From NCBI GenBank assembly GCA_049320885.1, contig JBMORA010000001.1, positions 1 through 64,000 of the forward strand: a stretch of DNA of 64,000 bases, given 5' to 3'. Below the pieces are notes generated by a model, which was given only the letters and a program-made list of their open reading frames with translations, was not told the DNA's origin and made no database searches. This DNA comes from Thermodesulfobacteriota bacterium. GTDB lineage: Bacteria; Desulfobacterota; Desulfobacteria; Desulfobacterales; SURF-7. How positions within the stretch are numbered: position 1 is the first letter of the stretch; each line of letters opens with the position of its first letter. Position numbers and translations under genes: made by a program. Of this stretch, positions 39,437 through 48,916 are shown in pieces.

Positions 39437-41677
39437 GTGCTCTTGAAAAATCGACCGCTGGACAACCCGCTCCTCGCCCCGGCCATCAACGAGCTCAACA
39501 TTGCCCGTAAAAACGCGCTCATCTATCCTTTGGAACATGCCCAAGTCAAGGCCAGCATGGGCCGTCTCATGAAATCCATGGAGCTGATCCTGGAAGCTGC
39601 GCCGGAAATCACCCTGGCCGTTGTCAACGATATGATCCTGTTCAAAGGGGAGTGCCTGGATAAACGGAATATCGGCTTTCAGGAACTGGCTGTCGCATTG
39701 AAATCCAGTGGAATTGCCGCGATGACATTGCACCGGGGACTCCGGGAAGAGGAAATCCTGTCCTTTTTCCAGCAGATCGCCGGCGGCCCGGAAAAAAGGA
39801 AACCGTCCGGGCAAACCGGGACCGCCGAGTCCCGGCATCCCCGCTGGCCGCATATCGACCTGCAGTACATCGATTACTCCAAGTTGCATGTCACCGAGGA
39901 GGCGGTTATCCACCGCGACGACGATACGGGCAGGCAGAACGACAGGCCGACCATCTGGAAGGATTTTGTAACCCGGCTGGTGGCCGATTCCCTGTCCAGC
40001 TCGGAAGACGCGGTCCCGTTCGCGGAATTCCCGGACCATGATCCGGCAAACCTGGCCCTTCTGCTGAACCGGAACCAGATCGATATCGAGCAGGCGCTCC
40101 GATCCTATGGCCGCATCATCGACAGAATCCTGGAGGAAGAAGGGGCCACGGAAGACCGGGAGGAATCCGAAGCAGGGATCAGGGGAATCGGTCTGTTATT
40201 GCAGGAATTGAAACCGGAATTGCGGCAGCAGTTTCTGGCCGTCACCTTTGACCGGATAGCATCCCGACCGGACGCTTCCAGCTGCATCGGGTTCCTTCAC
40301 GGCATCCCCGCGCGGTTCGCCGTCGATATGCTCCGGCAGGCCAACAATGACGGCCGGGAGATCTCCCCGTCCCTGATCCATCTGATCCGGAAAATGACCG
40401 GCATTGACGGGAAGGTCACGGATGAATCCGGGGATGCCGGAGGGGGGCAGTCCCGGGAGGCCATCGCCGAAACCCTCCGGACATTGTTCAACCGGGAAAA
40501 TTACGAGGATTTCGTCTCCTCCCCCTATGACCTGACCCTGAAGCGGATTTCCATCTCAGCCTCGGAGGGAAACCGGGATGAAACTGGATTCCCCATTGAG
40601 GAGCATCTTCCCTCTCTGGATGAAGCCCATCTCAACCGGCAAATCTCCCGGATGCTGCTGGCCTTCATCAGTGATGACCTTCACGCCACCGAATACCGGG
40701 CCTATATCGACAAACTGCTTGAAATCGCGGACGGCCTTCTGGATTGCGGCGATTTCCAGTTGATCACCCAAATCTTCGAGGCCCTGGACCAGCATGCCAA
40801 TTACAAACGGCATCATGAAATCCGCAGCATCGCGGAAAAGGCCCTGGCCGTATTGCGCAAACCGCCGTTTGTCTCCAAAGCCGTCCATTCGGTATGCCGC
40901 CATCCGGAGCAGGCGAACCGTCAGGGGGGCCATCTGCTGCACCTGATGGGTCCCGGGGTCATCCCGGATGCCTTGAATCTGTATGCCGGCCATCCGGAGC
41001 AGGAATCGAATCCGATTCTCCTGGAATTGTTGCAGCGGTATCCGGATGAAACCGTTACGGAAGCACAAAAACGCCTGCGGGACACCCGCACGGATTATAT
41101 CAAACGCCTCGTGATCCTGATCCGGGAAACCGGCGGGAAAAACGCCGCCGACGCCCTCCGGCCTTTATGGGGACACAGCGACAGGGATGTACAGCTGGAA
41201 GCCCTGGAAGGACTTCTGAAGTTCAATGACAAATGGGGGTTGCTGTTCCTGCGCAAGGCCTTGAAGGCGAATGTCCCCGGAATTTCGGATCAGGCGATCT
41301 CGCTGGCCGCGAAATACAAGGTCTTCGAGGTAGCCGATGATCTGGCGGCCATGCTCAAACGTAAAATCCTCTTCAAATCGGATTATGAAAAAAACGCCGT
41401 CCTGATCAAGGCCATGGGGGAAATCGGCAATCCCAGCGTTCTGCCGGTGTTGAAAAAACTGGCGGGGATGACATTGTCCTTCCATCCGAAAAAACTGGCC
41501 GGGATGAAACGGCTGCTGTATCGCTCCCTGATCGGATACCCGCCCCATGCCGTTCAGGCCCTGCTCCGCAGGGGATTGAAATCGAGCGACGAGAAAATTC
41601 GCAAAATCTGCCGGCAGGGGTTGCAGTCTCCTGCCCCGGCCCTCCGGAATCAACTAACCCGCGCCGATAACGGATGA
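39437..41677 (+). CDS. HEAT-repeat protein
   Basis: N-terminal YPLEH segment and C-terminal HEAT-like repeats (DVQLEALEGL, AMGEIGNPSVLPVL). Confidence 0.75.
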   Translation: MLLKNRPLDNPLLAPAINELNIARKNALIYPLEHAQVKASMGRLMKSMELILEAAPEITLAVVNDMILFKGECLDKRNIGFQELAVALKSSGIAAMTLHRGLREEEILSFFQQIAGGPEKRKPSGQTGTAESRHPRWPHIDLQYIDYSKLHVTEEAVIHRDDDTGRQNDRPTIWKDFVTRLVADSLSSSEDAVPFAEFPDHDPANLALLLNRNQIDIEQALRSYGRIIDRILEEEGATEDREESEAGIRGIGLLLQELKPELRQQFLAVTFDRIASRPDASSCIGFLHGIPARFAVDMLRQANNDGREISPSLIHLIRKMTGIDGKVTDESGDAGGGQSREAIAETLRTLFNRENYEDFVSSPYDLTLKRISISASEGNRDETGFPIEEHLPSLDEAHLNRQISRMLLAFISDDLHATEYRAYIDKLLEIADGLLDCGDFQLITQIFEALDQHANYKRHHEIRSIAEKALAVLRKPPFVSKAVHSVCRHPEQANRQGGHLLHLMGPGVIPDALNLYAGHPEQESNPILLELLQRYPDETVTEAQKRLRDTRTDYIKRLVILIRETGGKNAADALRPLWGHSDRDVQLEALEGLLKFNDKWGLLFLRKALKANVPGISDQAISLAAKYKVFEVADDLAAMLKRKILFKSDYEKNAVLIKAMGEIGNPSVLPVLKKLAGMTLSFHPKKLAGMKRLLYRSLIGYPPHAVQALLRRGLKSSDEKIRKICRQGLQSPAPALRNQLTRADNG

Positions 41678-41680
41678 AAT

Positions 41681-42823
41681 ATGGCATCTGTAAATGACCA
41701 TTCGGAAATCAACCGGTTCATTTCCCACCTCACCGCCGCGGTGAACAATATCCGGCTCTATTCCGCCGGCCATCCGCAGGCCAGCCGGTACATCCAGACG
41801 GCCCATACGGGCATCTGCGATCTGCTGCGGGAAAAAGGCGATATCACCCTGCTGCTGGTCGACCAGGACATCATACTGGACAATCAGCCCCTGGATGCCG
41901 ACCGCTCCAACACCGCCTCATTTATTCGCATCCTGCGTGAAAACGGCATTGAACGCATCACTTTTTCAAACGAACCTCCGGAGAAGGAATTTTCCGATTT
42001 CATCCTCTGCCTGGCCTCACCGGAAGCCAAGACCATTTCCAGCACCCCCGCCATCAAACTCGGCAAGGTGGAAATACGGGTCGAAAAGGAAACCATCGCC
42101 CCGGGGCAACCGCTTTCCCAAGAACAAATCGAAATTGTTGCAAATCTGACAGCGGTGCGCGACACCCATTACGCCGAACTTCAGCAACTGTATGGCAACG
42201 CCAAAAAACGCGGCAAAATCGACGTCCGTGGTCTTGACGGCATGATCCACGCCTTTATCAGCGGGTTTTCCCGGGGATTGCCGCCTTTGGAGCTTCTGGC
42301 GGCCCTGAAATCGGCCGATGAATATACCTTCACCCATGTGGTCAATGTCTGCATCCTCACCATGAGTCAGGCCGAGTCCCTGGGATTCAAGGGAGATCAT
42401 TTATACAATATCGGCGTCGCTTCCGTCCTGCACGATGTGGGCAAACTGTTCATTCCGGACGAAATCATCAACAAGCCGGATCAACTGACCCGGGAGGAAC
42501 GGGGTATTATCGAAACCCATGCCGTCAAGGGCGCCCAGTATATCCTGAAGCTGGACAACATCCCCAAGCTGGCCGTTCTTGGAGCCATGGAACACCATAT
42601 CAAATTCGACGGCTCCGGCTATCCGGCCATGAAAGGAGGCTGGCGGCCCAATATCGTCAGCCAGATGATCGCCATTTCCGATGTATTTGACGCCCTGCGC
42701 AGCCGGCGCTCCTATTCGGAGCCCAAACCCCAGGAGGTCATCAAGAAAATCCTGCTACAAGACAAAGGAACGGCCTTCAACCCGTATCTGGTGGATCATT
42801 TTATCCGTCTGATCGAGCGTTGA
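41681..42823 (+). CDS. HD-GYP phosphodiesterase
   Basis: YTFTHVVNV, HDVGK, HHIKFDGSGYP and DVFDAL. Confidence 0.9.
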   Translation: MASVNDHSEINRFISHLTAAVNNIRLYSAGHPQASRYIQTAHTGICDLLREKGDITLLLVDQDIILDNQPLDADRSNTASFIRILRENGIERITFSNEPPEKEFSDFILCLASPEAKTISSTPAIKLGKVEIRVEKETIAPGQPLSQEQIEIVANLTAVRDTHYAELQQLYGNAKKRGKIDVRGLDGMIHAFISGFSRGLPPLELLAALKSADEYTFTHVVNVCILTMSQAESLGFKGDHLYNIGVASVLHDVGKLFIPDEIINKPDQLTREERGIIETHAVKGAQYILKLDNIPKLAVLGAMEHHIKFDGSGYPAMKGGWRPNIVSQMIAISDVFDALRSRRSYSEPKPQEVIKKILLQDKGTAFNPYLVDHFIRLIER

Positions 42824-42895
42824 ACCCGGCAACCGTGCCGCCGCCTGGCCAGCCGTTTGGACGGCATGCGCTGCCAGGTCGTCCCGCAACCGTCT

Positions 42896-45181
42896 TCAGC
42901 CGCATTTGGAATACCCGCAGGCCCGGCAGGTTGCGCAACCTTCCTCGAAACAGATGGGCTGGCCGCATTCCGGGCAGCTGTCCCCCCTCAGGGAATGACC
43001 CGCCGGCTGCAGGGATCGCTTTTCGTTTCCCCGCAGGTAGCGTTCCTCCAGGACACGGCCGATGGCATCCGGTATGGAGAGAACCAGTTCCCCGTTATGG
43101 AACACCGCATGCTCCCCCCGGATCCCCTTGACCTGCTCCACGATATGCTCCACGCGCACACCGGACCGGAGAGCCAGGGAAATGAGCCGACCGATGGCTT
43201 CGGTTTTCGCCGTGGTGGACTTCCCGGACTTGCCGATGGTGGCGAAGACCTCGAAGGGGCGGCCTTCATACTCGGTCACCGTGACATACAGATGACCCAT
43301 CCCGGTCCGGATTTTGGTGGTGAATCCATTCAAGGTCTCAGGCCTGTCTTTCACCATGGAAAGAAACGGATCCTCCTGCCTCCCCGCCCCCGTGAAGGAA
43401 AGGACCTGATTTTCCTTGCTGCCGTCCCGGTATATGGTAACCCCCTTGCAACCCAGGGTAAAGGCCAGGTCATAGATCCCGCGGACATCTTCCACCGTCG
43501 CGTCCCTGGGGAGATTGACGGTTTTGGAAACGGCGTTGTCCGTATATTTCTGGAAGGCGGCCTGCATGCGCACGTGCCATTCCGCGGGCACATCGTGGGC
43601 GGTGATGAAAACATTGCGGACATCTTCCGGGATTTCCTCCATGGCCTGGATCCCGCCGTTCTCCGCGATGCGGCTCATCAGCTCCGGGCTGTAAAAACCT
43701 CGCTCCCTGGCCACCGTTTCAAAATAGGGGTTGACTTCCGGGAGTTCGTCGTTGTCCATCACCCGCCGGGTGAAACTGAGGGCAAACAGGGGTTCGATGC
43801 CGCTGGAACATCCCGCGATGATACTCAGCGTGCCGGTGGGAGCGATGGTGGTCACCGTGGCATTGCGGTAAGCCATGCCCTTGCGGCCCTTGAAAATACT
43901 CCGGTCGAAATTCCGAAACACGCCCCGACGGGATCCGAGATGGGCCGATGCGGCATGGGCTTCCTGCTGTATGAACTGCATGAGCGATTCCGCCACGGTT
44001 AATGCGGCTTCGGAATGATAGGAGATCCCCAGTTGAAAGAGAAGATCCGCGAAGCCCATCACCCCGAGACCGATCTTGCGATTGCCGTGAACCATTTCTT
44101 CGATCTCCGGCAACGGATACCGGGACATATCGATGGTGTTGTCCAGAAAGCGGACCGCCTGCCATACAATGGTTTTCAGACGCTCGAAATCGATGGCGGG
44201 GGGTTCTTCCGGATTGTTTCCCCGGCGATTCACGAATCTGGCGAGATTGATGGAGCCCAGATTGCAGGCTTCCATGGGCAGCAGGGGCTGCTCGCCGCAA
44301 GGGTTGGTACTCTCGATCGCCCCCAGGGCCGGAGTCGGGTTGTCGCGATTGATCCTGTCCAGAAAGATGATCCCGGGATCTCCGTTCTTCCAGGCCTGAT
44401 GGATCATTTTTTCAAAAACCGTAACGGCATCCAACTCCCCGACTTTTTCCCCGGAAGCAGGGTCCACAAGATCATAGGGCTGCCGCTGGCCCACCGCTTC
44501 CATGAAACGATCCGTAACCGCAACGGAAATATTGAAATTGTTCAGGGCGTTTTCATCCTGCTTGCAGCAGATGAATTGCAGGATATCGGGATGGTCCACC
44601 CGCAGGATGCCCATGTTGGCGCCCCGGCGGGTCCCGCCCTGTTTGACCTGTTCGGTGGCGGTATTGAAAACCTTCATGAAGGAAACCGGTCCCGAAGCCA
44701 CGCCGCCGGTTGTTCCGACCCGGCTGTTGGCCGGTCGCAATCGGGAAAAGGAAAAACCCGTTCCCCCGCCGGATTTGTGGATCAGGGCCGCGTGTTTGAT
44801 GGAATTGAAAATGTCATCCATGCTGTCTTCAATGGGCAGCACGAAACAGGCTGCCAGCTGCCCCAGCCTGCGTCCGGCGTTCATCAGGGTCGGTGAATTG
44901 GGCAGGAAATCGAAATCCGTCATCATGCGGTAAAAAACATCTTCCATCCGCCCGGCTGCGGCTTCCCCATCGTACCGGTTTTCCGCCTTGGCGATATGAC
45001 GGGCCACCCGCCGGAACATTTTCTCCGGTGTTTCAATTACCCGGCCCTTGCTGTCTTTTTTTAAATATCGTTTCTGCAGAACGACCCGGGCGTTCTCCGA
45101 CAGCAACAGTCCCTGCCCGGCCGATACGGATGTTTCCATCCGTCCGTCTTCCGATATCTCCAATTTGTTCCTGCGCGCCAT
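42896..45181 (-). CDS. nrdJ: Vitamin B12-dependent (class II) ribonucleotide reductase
   Basis: PNSPTLMNAG, SGGGTG, TNPCGEQ, TIAPTGT and KGVTIYRDGS; C-terminal TSCPD-like domain and Zn ribbon; start at ATG 45181. Confidence 0.96.
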   Translation of the reverse strand: MARRNKLEISEDGRMETSVSAGQGLLLSENARVVLQKRYLKKDSKGRVIETPEKMFRRVARHIAKAENRYDGEAAAGRMEDVFYRMMTDFDFLPNSPTLMNAGRRLGQLAACFVLPIEDSMDDIFNSIKHAALIHKSGGGTGFSFSRLRPANSRVGTTGGVASGPVSFMKVFNTATEQVKQGGTRRGANMGILRVDHPDILQFICCKQDENALNNFNISVAVTDRFMEAVGQRQPYDLVDPASGEKVGELDAVTVFEKMIHQAWKNGDPGIIFLDRINRDNPTPALGAIESTNPCGEQPLLPMEACNLGSINLARFVNRRGNNPEEPPAIDFERLKTIVWQAVRFLDNTIDMSRYPLPEIEEMVHGNRKIGLGVMGFADLLFQLGISYHSEAALTVAESLMQFIQQEAHAASAHLGSRRGVFRNFDRSIFKGRKGMAYRNATVTTIAPTGTLSIIAGCSSGIEPLFALSFTRRVMDNDELPEVNPYFETVARERGFYSPELMSRIAENGGIQAMEEIPEDVRNVFITAHDVPAEWHVRMQAAFQKYTDNAVSKTVNLPRDATVEDVRGIYDLAFTLGCKGVTIYRDGSKENQVLSFTGAGRQEDPFLSMVKDRPETLNGFTTKIRTGMGHLYVTVTEYEGRPFEVFATIGKSGKSTTAKTEAIGRLISLALRSGVRVEHIVEQVKGIRGEHAVFHNGELVLSIPDAIGRVLEERYLRGNEKRSLQPAGHSLRGDSCPECGQPICFEEGCATCRACGYSKCG

Positions 45182-45263
45182 GGCTTCCCCCGCAATTTGC
45201 CTTTTCCGGCATGTTCCGCCGGCTGATCTCCGACAGTGGTGGCTCTGACATAGACTCCTCGTT

Positions 45264-45283
45264 ACATACCACATATGGTATGT
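45264..45283. promoter_or_regulatory. NrdR box upstream of nrdJ
   Basis: Imperfect palindrome ACATACCACATATGGTATGT; core ATACCATATGTGGTAT matches acaCwAtATaTwGtg. Confidence 0.75.
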
Positions 45284-45612
45284 CAAGTCCAATCTGCCAC
45301 AACCGGACAGGGGCTTCAGCGGTAACTCCACCCCGGTGTTACCGCAACACGCGGCTCTTGAATTAGCCGACCGGTGATGATAAGATCAGTAAATATTCTC
45401 GGTAATGGATACGACAGGAACGCACCGCTTCCATGGTGCCCCTGCCACGGGATACTCCCTATCCGGTTTTCCAGCATTGTCTCGAGCAGTCGGATCAGGC
45501 CACGGTATTTCCAGAATGGAAAATCTTGATTCACCGCAGGAAGGTGCGTGACCATGCGTGATGGAACAGGCCCGGTCGGATCAGAACGCAGAGGTACACT
45601 TGGGAGGCGCTT

Positions 45613-47103
45613 ATGACGACGGAAGCAGAGAACAAAAGGAATCAACGGCGGAAAAAAATCCTGATATTCAATTCGATTCTGGTCCTGATCGGTTACGGCA
45701 TCACCCAAGTGGCCAGCCTGCTGGCCAAGGCGGCCGGCCTGACCAGCATCACCTACACCCAGATCCTGTTCCTGCTGTTATTATCTTCCGGCAGCATCAT
45801 CATCTATGTAACCGTCATCCGTTACCTGCAGGATGTCACCAAGGCAAAAGCCAATTTCATTTTTTTCTCCCAGTACGTTTTCTGGATTGTCCTCTATTTT
45901 TTCTGGGTGATCTGGCTCAATGAAGCCAGGGTCATGGGGCTGTTTTTCGCCATCATGGGACTCTGTTTTCTGATCTTCAGCTCCAATCTGTTCTGGTCCC
46001 TGATCATTTCCTTTGCCGTGGCGGTTTTGCACCTTGCCGGGGCGTACATCGGTCTGGAATATTATCAGCAGGGCGGCAGTTTGAAGCTCGAAATTTTTTA
46101 TACCCTGTGCTATCTGCCCTCCGCCGTACTGATTTCCTACCTTTCGGAAAGCTTCGGGAAACAAAAGCGGGAAATCCTTCAGGCCAAAAAATCAGCGGAA
46201 GAATCCCGGGATTCGCTGGAAAGACTGGTCAAAAGTATCGGGAAAAAATGTGAGACCCTGAATACCGCCTCCGCAATCCTGCTCGGACTGGCGAACAACA
46301 TGTCGTCCGCCACCGGCGAAATCGCCACCCGCTCCGCGGAGGTGACCTCCTCCTCCGGGGAAATGAGCACCAACATCAATTCAGTGGCTTCGGCGATGAA
46401 TGAAACCTCCGACCGAGTCAGGCTCATCGCCACTTCCATCGAGGAGATGACCTCGACCATCAATGAGATTTCCCAGCACGCCGGAAAAGCCCAGGACATT
46501 TCCAACAAGGCCGTCAACCAGTCCATCGTGGTTTCCCAGAAAGTGGAGACCCTGGGAAACGTCGCCCAGGAAATCGGACATATCACCGAGGTGATCTCGG
46601 ATATCTCCGCCCAGACCAATCTGCTGGCGCTGAACGCCACCATCGAAGCCGCCCGGGCCGGAGAGTCCGGCAAAGGATTCGCCGTGGTGGCCAACGAAAT
46701 CAAGGAACTCGCCCGGCAGACAGCGGACGCGACATTGAAAATCAAGGAACAGATCATCAATATCCAGAACACCACCACCACCACGGCGGACGTCATTTCC
46801 GGAATCATGGTGATCATCAACGAAGTCAACGACATCGTATCCTCCATCACCATGGCCATCGGCGAGCAATCCACCACCACCAGGGAAATCGCCGACAACG
46901 TCGCCCAGACGTCGGTGGGGATATCCGAGGTGAATCAGGTCGCCATCGACAGCTCGAATTACGCCCTTGAAATCACCAAGGCCATTTCCGATGTGAATGA
47001 GGATGTCGGGCGGATATCCGACAGCAGCAGTCAGGTTAACCAGAGCGCACTGGACCTTTCAAATCTGGCGAAGGATTTGAGCGATCTGACCAAAAACTTT
47101 TAG
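45613..47103 (+). CDS. Methyl-accepting chemotaxis protein with polytopic membrane sensor
   Basis: About 6 N-terminal TM helices; [37 protein letters not shown] signalling tip. Confidence 0.95.
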   Translation: MTTEAENKRNQRRKKILIFNSILVLIGYGITQVASLLAKAAGLTSITYTQILFLLLLSSGSIIIYVTVIRYLQDVTKAKANFIFFSQYVFWIVLYFFWVIWLNEARVMGLFFAIMGLCFLIFSSNLFWSLIISFAVAVLHLAGAYIGLEYYQQGGSLKLEIFYTLCYLPSAVLISYLSESFGKQKREILQAKKSAEESRDSLERLVKSIGKKCETLNTASAILLGLANNMSSATGEIATRSAEVTSSSGEMSTNINSVASAMNETSDRVRLIATSIEEMTSTINEISQHAGKAQDISNKAVNQSIVVSQKVETLGNVAQEIGHITEVISDISAQTNLLALNATIEAARAGESGKGFAVVANEIKELARQTADATLKIKEQIINIQNTTTTTADVISGIMVIINEVNDIVSSITMAIGEQSTTTREIADNVAQTSVGISEVNQVAIDSSNYALEITKAISDVNEDVGRISDSSSQVNQSALDLSNLAKDLSDLTKNF

Positions 47104-47156
47104 GTTTCCGGCGGGATGCGCTCCGGCTCTGCCCAGCCGGCGCACACCGGAACGGG

Positions 47157-48251
47157 ATGACGGGGAAGTTGTTGGAAAAAAAGGAACGGCTGAGACTTCA
47201 ACGGGAACTGGCGGACTGGTATCGGACTGCTCACCGGAGGCTCCCCTGGCGGGAAAATACCGACCCCTACCGGGTTTGGGTCTCCGAAGTCATGTTGCAG
47301 CAGACCCGGGTGGAAACCGTGATCCCCTACTATCAGCGGTTCATGGAGCGCTTTCCCACCTTGAAATCGCTGGCGGACGCGGACGGGGAAACCCTGATGA
47401 AACTCTGGGAAGGCCTTGGATATTACTCCCGGGCGCGGAATCTGTGGCAGTCGGCCCGAATCCTCTGCCGGGATTACGGCGGCCGGCTGCCCGGCACCCG
47501 GGAGGAATTGATCCGGCTTCCGGGAATCGGCGACTATATCGCGGCGGCTGTTCTCAGTATCGCTTTTCAACAACCGGCGGCAGTGGTCGACGGGAATGTC
47601 AAACGGATTCTGGCCCGGCTCTTCATGGAAAAAGCGGCTGTCAACGACCCCGGCGCCAAGCAAACATTTACCGCTCTCGCCGAAGGGCTCCTCGATGAAC
47701 GGAATCCCGGCCAATTCAACCAGGCGATGATGGAACTGGGGCAACGCATCTGCACTCCCGGAGTCCCGGATTGCCCGGTATGTCCCATCCGCTCCGGTTG
47801 CCGGGCCTTTCGCAATCAAATGACGGACGACTACCCCCGCAGGCTTCGGAAAAAATCGACGCCCCTGAAAAAAATGATATTCGCCGTGGTGATGCGGGGT
47901 GAGTGTCTGCTGATTCTGCGGCGGCCGGACCAGGGTCTGCTGGGCGGACTTTGGGAATTCCCCGGAAACGAGCCTGAGGGAAACGGGGCCGGTGAAGAAA
48001 TGGCGCGGGCTATCATCCACCGACAGACGGGAATCCGGGCCGATGTACTCCGCCTTCTGGGAACTGTCCGCCATGCCTATACCCATTTCCGTATATCCGC
48101 CGATGTCTATCTCTGCGGCCACCTATCAGGTGAAGTCGGTCTGAACGGTCATACGGCCCATCTATGGGTTCGGCCGGAAAAACTGCGGGAATACGCTCTG
48201 CACAAAATGATCCATAAAATGCTGCCCCTGTTGCCGCCGCATCCGCCATGA
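47157..48251 (+). CDS. mutY: A/G-specific adenine glycosylase
   Basis: VSEVMLQQT, WEGLGYYSRA, LPGIG, VDGNV and the C-x6-C-x2-C-x5-C Fe-S motif; NUDIX-like C-terminus. Confidence 0.96.
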   Translation: MTGKLLEKKERLRLQRELADWYRTAHRRLPWRENTDPYRVWVSEVMLQQTRVETVIPYYQRFMERFPTLKSLADADGETLMKLWEGLGYYSRARNLWQSARILCRDYGGRLPGTREELIRLPGIGDYIAAAVLSIAFQQPAAVVDGNVKRILARLFMEKAAVNDPGAKQTFTALAEGLLDERNPGQFNQAMMELGQRICTPGVPDCPVCPIRSGCRAFRNQMTDDYPRRLRKKSTPLKKMIFAVVMRGECLLILRRPDQGLLGGLWEFPGNEPEGNGAGEEMARAIIHRQTGIRADVLRLLGTVRHAYTHFRISADVYLCGHLSGEVGLNGHTAHLWVRPEKLREYALHKMIHKMLPLLPPHPP

Positions 48252-48916
48252 CCCCAGGAACAACCGGAAAACGCATCCGGGAATGCGTGGTATTGCTCCA
48301 CGGCCTGGCCCGATCCCGGCGCTCCATGGCCGGAATGGAGCGGGCGGTTACCGCGGACGGATACGCCGCCTGCAACATCGGTTATCCCTCCACCCGCCAT
48401 CCCCTTGATGAACTGGCGGAGCGGTTCGTGCTGCCGGAAATTCATTCCCGCATCGGCCGCGGGGTCGGTCCCATCCATTTCGTCACCCATTCCATGGGCG
48501 GCATCCTTGTCCGGGTCCTAACGGAACGACAGCCCGGTTTCCCCATCGGACGGGTGGTGATGCTGAGCCCACCCAACAAGGGCAGTGAAATCGTCGACCG
48601 GCTAGGGGGCCTGAGGCTGTTTGCCGCTCTGTACGGACCGGCTGGCCGGCAGCTCGGAACCGGCCGGGAGAGCGTACCCAACCGGCTGGGGCCGGCGAAA
48701 TTCGAACTAGGCGTCATCACCGGCGACCGTGCCCTGGACCCGCTGTTATCCTTACTTGTTCCCGGCCCCAACGACGGCAGGGTCTCCGTGGAAAGCGCCA
48801 AACTTGCCGGCATGCGGGATTTCCGGGTCCTGCATGCACCCCATCCCTTCATCATGCGAAACCGTGAGGCCCTTCGCCAGACCCTTCATTTTCTGCGGCA
48901 CGGGTTGTTCTCATGA
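48248..48916 (+). CDS. Alpha/beta hydrolase (lipase/esterase-like)
   Basis: LLHGL, THSMGG, NDGRV and H; ATGA overlap with mutY. Confidence 0.88.
   Translation: MTPGTTGKRIRECVVLLHGLARSRRSMAGMERAVTADGYAACNIGYPSTRHPLDELAERFVLPEIHSRIGRGVGPIHFVTHSMGGILVRVLTERQPGFPIGRVVMLSPPNKGSEIVDRLGGLRLFAALYGPAGRQLGTGRESVPNRLGPAKFELGVITGDRALDPLLSLLVPGPNDGRVSVESAKLAGMRDFRVLHAPHPFIMRNREALRQTLHFLRHGLFS

Noticed and set aside
40898..41508. Short internal repeats in the HEAT gene (HPEQ x2, KKLAGM x2)
   Set aside because: Coding-level micro-repeats within a repeat protein; not an array or mobile element
41650..41670. GCCGATAA sigma28 -10 element before the HD-GYP gene
   Set aside because: No TAAA -35 at the right spacing and too close to the start codon
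45182..45612. Cobalamin riboswitch upstream of nrdJ or sigma28 promoter for the MCP
   Set aside because: No B12-box or convincing TAAA-N15-GCCGATAA found by eye; an Infernal scan would be decisive
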